From Candidatus Hadarchaeales archaeon (lineage in GTDB: Archaea; Hadarchaeota; Hadarchaeia; Hadarchaeales; Hadarchaeaceae), in the NCBI GenBank assembly GCA_038823825.1, contig JAWBCC010000001.1:90001-122000 (forward strand): a DNA stretch of 32,000 bases, in the 5' to 3' direction. Made by a program: the position numbers and the translations under genes. This document shows positions 26,015-32,000 of the stretch, one piece after another. The notes under the pieces are model-generated. The model was not told where the DNA came from. It saw nothing but the letters and a program-made list of their open reading frames with translations, and did no database searches. The first letter of the stretch is position 1. Every line of letters begins with the position of its first letter.

Positions 26015-26599
26015 GTGAAGACAATGATCGGAGAGTTTCTGAAAATATTTATTTCGATTTTTGTCATAATGGATCCATTTGCAAGTCTGCCGCTCTTTAT
26101 GATTTTGACGAAAGGAAAGAACGTCAAAAAATCTGCTCTTTACGCGATAGGTGTGGCATCTCTAGTTCTTTTCACATTTCTTTTCTTGGGGGAGTACATT
26201 TTCACGATCTTCGGGGTCAAATTTTACTCTTTCAAGGTCGCAGGCGGTGTTCTGCTTTTCATACTCTCGGCAGAGACAATATTGGGGATAGAACCCGTTA
26301 AAAGGAAAAAGCACGGGCCAGAGCTCGTTCTCATCGGAACCCCAATGTTGACAGGCCCCGGCGTCATGGCAACTACCGTAATCTTTTCTCAAGAAACAGG
26401 CTACCTTGTTACCTCCTTGGCTTCTCTTGCAGCGCTTTTCTTGAGTTTTCTTATCTTGGTTCTTTCAAAGGAGATTGCGAGACTTCTCGGAGAGACTGGT
26501 GTGGAGATCGCCTCCAGGGTTATAGGAGTTCTACTTGGCGCTATTGCAATCGAGTTCATCGCTTCAGGAATAAAGGAAGCGATAGTTACTCTTGGATAA
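26015..26599 (+). CDS. MarC-family (UPF0056) integral membrane protein
   Basis: 194 aa and about 6 predicted TM segments. The N-terminal motif FVIMDPFASLPLFMILT is typical of MarC/UPF0056. Confidence 0.75.
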   Translation: MKTMIGEFLKIFISIFVIMDPFASLPLFMILTKGKNVKKSALYAIGVASLVLFTFLFLGEYIFTIFGVKFYSFKVAGGVLLFILSAETILGIEPVKRKKHGPELVLIGTPMLTGPGVMATTVIFSQETGYLVTSLASLAALFLSFLILVLSKEIARLLGETGVEIASRVIGVLLGAIAIEFIASGIKEAIVTLG

Positions 26600-26632
26600 G
26601 GTTAAGAAATATGGTTGGCAAAAAATAACTGA

Positions 26633-27082
26633 ATGAAAGGCATGAAGATATTTATAGCAGGTCCGCTTTTTTCCCAAGCCGAAAGGGAGTTTAACGCTAA
26701 ACTTGACGAGTTACTGCGCAAGAACGGCTTCGAAACGATTCTTCCTCAACGGGATATTGGAGAAGTTTGGAAGACAGATATCAATTACAGGAAAATCTAT
26801 GAAATGGATTTGCGTGCGATTGAAGAAGCGGATGTCGTGGTCGCAGTTCTGGATGGTCCGGATGTTGATTCGGGAACAGCGTTTGAGATCGGATACGCGA
26901 CCGCAAAGGGAAAGCCAGTCGTAGGATTAAAAACCGATATCAGAACTTTTGCACAGATGGAAGAAGTTAACAACATGATTCTTCAATCGGTCAGAAAAAT
27001 CGTAAAAGATTTCGAATCGCTTCTGATCGTATTAAAAGAAATCAGAGAAGCGGGAGAAGATTCCTTATTTCCCAGTCGGTAA
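26633..27082 (+). CDS. Nucleoside 2-deoxyribosyltransferase-like protein
   Basis: KIFIAGPLFSQAEREFN, DVVVAVLDGPDVDSGTAFEIGYATAKGKPVVGL (family pattern, with the catalytic-type Glu in the FEIGY context). The start is ATG-26633 or ATG-26642. Confidence 0.7.
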   Translation: MKGMKIFIAGPLFSQAEREFNAKLDELLRKNGFETILPQRDIGEVWKTDINYRKIYEMDLRAIEEADVVVAVLDGPDVDSGTAFEIGYATAKGKPVVGLKTDIRTFAQMEEVNNMILQSVRKIVKDFESLLIVLKEIREAGEDSLFPSR

Positions 27083-28364
27083 TTTGGGCAGAGTACTCTT
27101 CCCATTCTTTTCTTTTGACGTACAGGAAGTGGTGGAACAAATGATCTCCCAAGGCTTCTCTGACCAGTTTGCTTTTTCTCATGCATTCTAAGGCTTCGCC
27201 CAAGTTTGCCGGGAGAGATTCAATCCCCATCGTTTCCCGTTCTTCCGGAGTCATTCTGTAGATATCCCGTTCTATGGGATCTGGTGGAAGGATTTTCTCC
27301 TCTATTCCCTTCAGTCCGGCCGCGAGCATTACAGTAAATTGTAGGTAGGGATTTCCGGCAGGGTCGGGGCTTCTCACCTCAACTCTCGTTTTGATTTCTC
27401 TCCCAGCTGGAACCCGGATATATGCGCTGCGATTAAGATTGGCCCAAGAGATATATACCGGGGCCTCATAGCCCGGAACCAACCTCTTGTAAGAATTTAC
27501 GGTTGAGGCCAAGATTGCACATATTTCTCTTGCGTATCTGATCAAGCCACCTATGAAGCATAATGCTTCTTGGCTTAGTTTGTACGGACCCTTTGGATCG
27601 TAAAATACATTTTTTCCCTCAGATGTCATCAGCGATATGTGGGTGTGCATTCCGCTCCCATTCACTCCGTAAATAGGTTTTGGCATGAAAGTTGCATATA
27701 ACCCGTGCTTCTCCGCAATGGTTTTTGTGACATATTTCATCATAGAGACTCTGTCTGCCGAGGTTATCGCATCCGCATACTTCAAATCGATTTCGTGTTG
27801 TCCGGGAGCAACCTCGTGATGTGAGGCTTCAACCTCAAACCCCATCGCATTTAGGTAATTCACAATCTCTTTTCTGACATTTTCTCCCCTATCACGCATG
27901 AGATCGAAGTATCCGCCGTAGTCGGAAGGTTTTGTCGTGGGGTCACCGTTTTCGGTTTGCAAAAGCAAAAAGAACTCGTACTCCGGAGCGGTATAGCATA
28001 TCCATCCTTGTTTCCTTGCTATTTTGGTGATTCTTTCAAGCGCCCATCTCGGATCTCCCTCAAACCTGTTTCCAGCATGATCGTAGACTTCGCAAACCAT
28101 TCTTGCTGTTTTTAAATCATTTTCAGTCCATGGCAAGATTACAAACGAGTTTGGATCCGGCTTGAGTCTCATGTCCGACTCTTCGATAGTGGCATAACCG
28201 AGAACAGAAGAACCGTCGAAGAATATCCCCTCTTCCAGCGCCTTCTTGAGCTGAGTAGATGGTATGGTTATGCTCTTGACAGTACCCAAAATGTCGGTAA
28301 ATTGAAGCTGGATGAACTTGACATTCTCTCTCTTTACGGTTTGAATCACGTCTTCTTCCTTCAT
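27042..28364 (-). CDS. glnA: Glutamine synthetase type I
   Basis: FIQLQFTDILGTVK, FFDGSS, PEYEFFL, NGSGMHTHISL and NPYL; 440 aa. Confidence 0.93.
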   Translation of the reverse strand: MKEEDVIQTVKRENVKFIQLQFTDILGTVKSITIPSTQLKKALEEGIFFDGSSVLGYATIEESDMRLKPDPNSFVILPWTENDLKTARMVCEVYDHAGNRFEGDPRWALERITKIARKQGWICYTAPEYEFFLLLQTENGDPTTKPSDYGGYFDLMRDRGENVRKEIVNYLNAMGFEVEASHHEVAPGQHEIDLKYADAITSADRVSMMKYVTKTIAEKHGLYATFMPKPIYGVNGSGMHTHISLMTSEGKNVFYDPKGPYKLSQEALCFIGGLIRYAREICAILASTVNSYKRLVPGYEAPVYISWANLNRSAYIRVPAGREIKTRVEVRSPDPAGNPYLQFTVMLAAGLKGIEEKILPPDPIERDIYRMTPEERETMGIESLPANLGEALECMRKSKLVREALGDHLFHHFLYVKRKEWEEYSAQITDWEIRNLLPLL

Positions 28365-28406
28365 CTGTCTTACCAGTATAGGTTGAGTTCAAGACTTAAA
28401 AGTTTG

Positions 28407-29498
28407 TTATTTAATAAACCTTGAGCACACAAAACCACCCAGCGATAATATTCCGGCAAGAACCCCCGTCATTCTCATTCCAGCCACGTGCGATACAAAT
28501 CCTCCTAAAACGGGTCCGACTACCATGGAGAGGCTTATTGTGGAACCCAGAAGCCCCGTTGAGGTGGCTTTTCCAGCATTTTTCTCCAAAAGGTGTGTGA
28601 GCGCTCCGATGTACAGAAAGCTCCACGCTCCGGCAATCATTAGCATTACCGGAATCAGCTGTAGGTAAGAAGTAACTACAGAATAAAGAAGAAACGCACT
28701 TGTGGAAAGAATCAATCCGATTCTGAAAATTTTTCTGCCGTTCCAGCTACCGGCTTTTCTCCCCAGCGTTCCCATTATAAAGAACTGGCTTCCGGTGTTG
28801 ATGGCATCAAGCATGCCTATCCAGAAAATGGGCGTACCAAGTTCCTCCTTCAGGAAGACAGGGAAAATGGCCCAAACGGCGTAAGCTCCGGCATGTCGCA
28901 GAAAATAAGAGAGATAAAGCGGTAAATTTCTCGCGAGGATTTCTTTAACAGAACTGTTTAGTCTTCGGGTTCTCTCCTGACTTTTTAAGCCGAGTGAAGT
29001 CAGAAAGCCGAAGGCAAAGAAGAGTCCAGCGATCATAAAACCTTCTCTCCATCTACCGACCACTCCGGCTATCAGATATCCCATAGCCCAACCGAGTGAT
29101 CCGAAACCGGCCAGCCATCCGATTTTTTGTCGGTAGTCTTTTGTTCCAAAGATATAGGAAAAAAGCGGAAATGTGCACATCCCTACCGAAATCCCAGCCA
29201 TTGCTCTGAGCACAATCATCGACAGAAAATCTTTCATGTAAATCTGCATGCCGAAAAAAATGGTTCCCACGCACAGCCCTGCGCATACTATCTCTTTCTC
29301 TTTCCCTGTGAGATCTGCAAGTTTTCCGAAGATCGTATATGAAAAGAAAGAGGCCAGTCCGTATGCAGATCCAATTATACCGATATCGGCAAGAGATAGC
29401 CCGATATCCTTGGCGAGCAATGGTACGAAAAGGGCAGAGAGTGAAATCGCTGCATTGACTGCAAGCATTATCGCGTAAGGATGATATTCCCGTCTCAT
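28407..29498 (-). CDS. MFS-type transporter
   Basis: 363 aa, hydrophobic throughout with about 10-12 TM segments, and an MFS-like loop GKLADLTGKEKE between TM2 and TM3. The start may instead be Met11 (ATG-29468), given a TATA-like element only about 15 nt from ATG-29498. Confidence 0.65.
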   Translation of the reverse strand: MRREYHPYAIMLAVNAAISLSALFVPLLAKDIGLSLADIGIIGSAYGLASFFSYTIFGKLADLTGKEKEIVCAGLCVGTIFFGMQIYMKDFLSMIVLRAMAGISVGMCTFPLFSYIFGTKDYRQKIGWLAGFGSLGWAMGYLIAGVVGRWREGFMIAGLFFAFGFLTSLGLKSQERTRRLNSSVKEILARNLPLYLSYFLRHAGAYAVWAIFPVFLKEELGTPIFWIGMLDAINTGSQFFIMGTLGRKAGSWNGRKIFRIGLILSTSAFLLYSVVTSYLQLIPVMLMIAGAWSFLYIGALTHLLEKNAGKATSTGLLGSTISLSMVVGPVLGGFVSHVAGMRMTGVLAGILSLGGFVCSRFIK

Positions 29499-29541
29499 GA
29501 TAACCTATCCTTATATTCTTTTGGTTGTTAAATACAGACGT

Positions 29542-29646
29542 ATGAAGGAATCTGTCCGACGCTTGCTTGCGATACTTTTAGTAATCCTTTTTATTTTGTC
29601 AATGGCTGTTTCATTCATAATCGCCATTCTAGGTGGAAAAGCTTAA
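29542..29646 (+). CDS. Hypothetical 34-aa single-TM micro-protein
   Basis: ORF not in the track: MKESVRRLLAILLVILFILSMAVSFIIAILGGKA. A TATA-like CTTATATTC lies about 28 nt upstream of the ATG, compatible with a leaderless mRNA. No SD, and no homology that I recognise. Confidence 0.3.
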   Translation: MKESVRRLLAILLVILFILSMAVSFIIAILGGKA

Positions 29647-29676
29647 AAAAAGGTTACATGAGAGAGTGAGGAGAGC

Positions 29677-29838
29677 ATGCCGAAGTGTACATCGTGTGGC
29701 AGGGAAATTAGTCCGGGGCAGTCAGCTGTCCATTTCCCCTGCCCCTCCTGCGGAGAATTCGAAATTTGGAGATGCAGCACCTGCCGAAAACTGAGCGTTT
29801 CATACACTTGTCATAAATGTGGTTTTACGGGACCATAG
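29677..29838 (+). CDS. Zn-ribbon protein (COG2888-like, translation-associated)
   Basis: 53-codon ORF not in the track: [53 protein letters not shown], with four CxxC pairs. GAGGAG lies 3 nt upstream. It sits directly in front of aEF-1beta, a conserved archaeal pairing. Confidence 0.75.
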   Translation: MPKCTSCGREISPGQSAVHFPCPSCGEFEIWRCSTCRKLSVSYTCHKCGFTGP

Positions 29839-29847
29839 GTGTCTATC

Positions 29848-30108
29848 ATGGGAGAAGTTGTTGTTATTTTGAGAGTGATGCCAGAAGATACAGAGGTGAA
29901 TCTTGCGGAACTTGAAAAGCGGATAAGAGAAAAAGTCAAGGTCTTTGCTGTTGAGAGAGAACCCATAGCGTTTGGTCTCGAGGCTTTAAGGATAGCAACT
30001 GTCGTTGAGGATAAGGAAGGCGGGACCGAGCCACTTGAACGGGAGATTTCTTCCATCCCGGGCGTTGCAAGTGTCGAAGTTATCGGTCTCTCACGGATTT
30101 TCTTATGA
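29848..30108 (+). CDS. Elongation factor 1-beta (aEF-1beta)
   Basis: MGEVVVILRVMPEDTEVNLAELEKRIRE...EREPIAFGLEALRIATVVEDKEGGTEPLEREISSIPGVASVEV matches the aEF-1beta pattern. AGGTG lies upstream of ATG-29848; the ORF track starts at GTG-29839. Confidence 0.88.
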   Translation: MGEVVVILRVMPEDTEVNLAELEKRIREKVKVFAVEREPIAFGLEALRIATVVEDKEGGTEPLEREISSIPGVASVEVIGLSRIFL

Positions 30109-30141
30109 ATTTTTAAGTCTTCATAGACTTTCTTTTATCTG

Positions 30142-31041
30142 ATGGGAAGAAAAGAAATAGAAAAAGTCTTTTTGATCTCTCTGCTTCTGACAACTTTAAT
30201 CGGTCTGATGCAGATTTCCGCATCCTTTCTATTTGGAAGTTTGGCTCTTCTCGCCGTGGGCATAGAATCTTTATCGGACTCCATAACGACAGTAGTGGCT
30301 CTAGGTGGATTCAGAATATCGAGGAAACCGGCGGACAAGAGACATCATTACGGCCACTGGCAGGCGGAGTCGCTTGTAGCCTTGCTTTTTGCCGTGGTTC
30401 TTTTGGTCTCCGGAGCTAGAATTCTCTTATCTTCAGTGGATCGTCTCAGACACGGGACAAATTCAACTTTTTCTTCTGAGGTCCTCCTTACACCTTCACT
30501 TTCAGCAATAGTTTTTGTTTTACTCGCATCATATAAGATGAAAGTTGGAAAGGAAGAAAAATGTCTGCCACTTATTTCTGACGCTTATCATACTTTCATG
30601 GACTTTCTCTCAAGCATAAGCGTAGTAATAGGTCTGGTTCTCGCCATAAGAGGAAACATTCTAGCAGACCCGATTGTAGCTCTAATTATATCAGGAATTC
30701 TTTTTTATCTCAGCTTCTCACTTGGTCGCTCGGCCTTGAGTGCGCTGATGGAAACAGCCCCATCAGAGGACACAGTCTTGAAGATAAGGAAAATCTGCGC
30801 AGAGACACCAGGTGTTGAGAGCTTTCACAGGCTCAGAACTAGACGCTCCGGTCCAAAAATTTTTGTGGATGTTCACGTGCTCGTAGATTCCGAAATGAGT
30901 TTACGAAAGGCACACGATGTTGCAACCGAAATAGAGCGCAGATTGAAGTCAAAAATTCCGGAGATAAGCTCTGTGACCGTTCACGTAGAACCTCATGCGA
31001 GGAAGGCTAAATCCTCCACTTCCAAGACAAAAAGTTCTTGA
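30142..31041 (+). CDS. Cation diffusion facilitator (CDF) family metal efflux protein
   Basis: Six TM segments. TM2 carries ESLSD and TM5 carries HTFMD (metal site A positions). The C-terminal cytoplasmic domain includes SFHRLRTRRSGPKIFVDVHVLVD. Confidence 0.8.
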   Translation: MGRKEIEKVFLISLLLTTLIGLMQISASFLFGSLALLAVGIESLSDSITTVVALGGFRISRKPADKRHHYGHWQAESLVALLFAVVLLVSGARILLSSVDRLRHGTNSTFSSEVLLTPSLSAIVFVLLASYKMKVGKEEKCLPLISDAYHTFMDFLSSISVVIGLVLAIRGNILADPIVALIISGILFYLSFSLGRSALSALMETAPSEDTVLKIRKICAETPGVESFHRLRTRRSGPKIFVDVHVLVDSEMSLRKAHDVATEIERRLKSKIPEISSVTVHVEPHARKAKSSTSKTKSS

Positions 31042-32000
31042 GAGTTTCCACAACCTTGATTTCTCTTTTGATGGGGCTCCGGAATTTTGCACCTCTGAGA
31101 GCTTTGATGACGTTTGTCACGCTTTCGCCGAGCGCTTTTAAGTTGTAACCTCCCTCCAGCACAAAGACAACTCTTCCACCGCATACTTTCTTTGCAGTTT
31201 CCAGTATCCTTTCGGCCATCCATCCGTAAAATTCGCTGCTCAGTTCTAGCTGTGTAAGTGGATCCCAAATATGTCCGTCAAAACCGGCGGAGATAGCAAT
31301 CAGGCCAGGTTCAAACTGCTCCGCTATTGGACAAACGACTTCCTCAATGATAGTCGCATATTCACCGTCACCGGTTCCGGGAGGAACAGGCACATTTACA
31401 TTGAAACCTCTTCCTCTCCCTTCTCCAATCTCTTCCACCCGTCCAGTTCCAGGATACAGGGGAAACTGATGAATGGATAAATAGAGAACATCTGGATCGG
31501 TATAAAAAATGTCTTGCGTACCATTTCCGTGATGGGCGTCAAAATCAAAAATCATAATTCTATCGAAGACGTTCAGTAGATCCTTGGTCATTATTGCTAC
31601 GTTGTTCAGGTAACAGAATCCTCCACCAAAATCGCTTGAGGCGTGATGTCCAGGTGGTCTGACGAGAGCAAACGTGTTGTCCGCTTTTTTCTCCGCAACC
31701 AATCTTCCGGCTATTAGGGCTCCTCCAGCGGCTAAGAGTGCGATCTCGAGAGTGTTCTCTCTGGTCGGCGTGTCTGAATCTAAAAAAGCTTGATCCTTAG
31801 TCATCTCTTTGAGAAGCTCGATGTAATTTTTGCTGTGTACAGTCAGAATTTCGTTCATTTTCGCTGATTCAGGTTCTAGAACATTTGTCCACAGTTCATT
31901 TCGTTTAAGAGTTTCCACTATTGCATGCAACCTCTGTGGCGATTCAGGATGCCAAGCTCCAGGATTATGCTCCAGATATCTTGGAGAATAAATGAGAGCA
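31007..32000 (-). CDS. Histone deacetylase / AcuC-type deacetylase (5' end beyond the window)
   Basis: RPPGHHA, DFDAHHGNGTQDIFY and LEGGYN. The reading frame stays open upstream of Met-31930 (ALIYSPRYLEHNPGAWHPESPQRLHA) to the window edge. Confidence 0.85.
   Translation of the reverse strand, partial: ALIYSPRYLEHNPGAWHPESPQRLHAIVETLKRNELWTNVLEPESAKMNEILTVHSKNYIELLKEMTKDQAFLDSDTPTRENTLEIALLAAGGALIAGRLVAEKKADNTFALVRPPGHHASSDFGGGFCYLNNVAIMTKDLLNVFDRIMIFDFDAHHGNGTQDIFYTDPDVLYLSIHQFPLYPGTGRVEEIGEGRGRGFNVNVPVPPGTGDGEYATIIEEVVCPIAEQFEPGLIAISAGFDGHIWDPLTQLELSSEFYGWMAERILETAKKVCGGRVVFVLEGGYNLKALGESVTNVIKALRGAKFRSPIKREIKVVETLKNFLSWKWRI

Noticed and set aside
1-32000. A search by eye for CRISPR repeats, tandem repeats, IS/transposase/integrase genes, tRNA or rRNA genes, and toxin-antitoxin or defence-like gene pairs.
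   Set aside because: None found. All intergenic spacers are under 210 bp except the RNase P locus, and every ORF over 140 aa has a housekeeping or biosynthetic assignment or is a shadow ORF.

Overview
This is an archaeal chromosomal window. Evidence for that: rpl40e, rps26e, aEF-1beta, a GGGP synthase, an archaeal type-A RNase P RNA, TATA-like promoters, and Shine-Dalgarno-led genes that often overlap by 1-17 nt. It is almost fully coding, with about 37 protein genes and one ncRNA. Layout, left to right: (i) 0-3.2 kb holds a radical SAM/B12-like enzyme convergent with an MBL-fold (UPF0282-like) plus P-loop kinase-like pair. (ii) 3.2-8.2 kb holds argG-argH-argC-argJ on the + strand. (iii) 8.1-17.1 kb is one long minus-strand array: LeuC-like, LeuD-like, a homocitrate-synthase-family synthase, an IDH-type dehydrogenase, a second beta-decarboxylating dehydrogenase, argB, argD, argF and a wHTH regulator. 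(iv) 17.3-22.9 kb is a minus-strand lysine (DAP) operon: class-III aminotransferase, lysA, aspartate kinase, dapA, dapB. (v) 23-32 kb is housekeeping: NAD(P)HX dehydratase, L40e, GGGPS, S26e, rubrerythrin, RNase P RNA, MarC, an NDT-like protein, glnA, MFS, Zn-ribbon plus aEF-1beta, CDF and HDAC/AcuC (truncated at the window end). I saw no CRISPR array, transposase, integrase, tRNA, rRNA or obvious repeat family, and no clear new defence or mobile system. The items I rate most worth follow-up are: a possible 2-oxoglutarate supply module built from Leu/Lys-type enzymes and fused to the arg genes; an uncharacterised wHTH regulator embedded at the convergence point of the arg cluster; a class-III aminotransferase heading a DAP operon that lacks dapD/E/F/L; a GC-rich intergenic core with a 35-codon CCCH micro-ORF; and the unknown-function radical SAM / MBL / P-loop trio. 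All functional calls come from reading motifs in the translations and from remembered family signatures. No database search was run.
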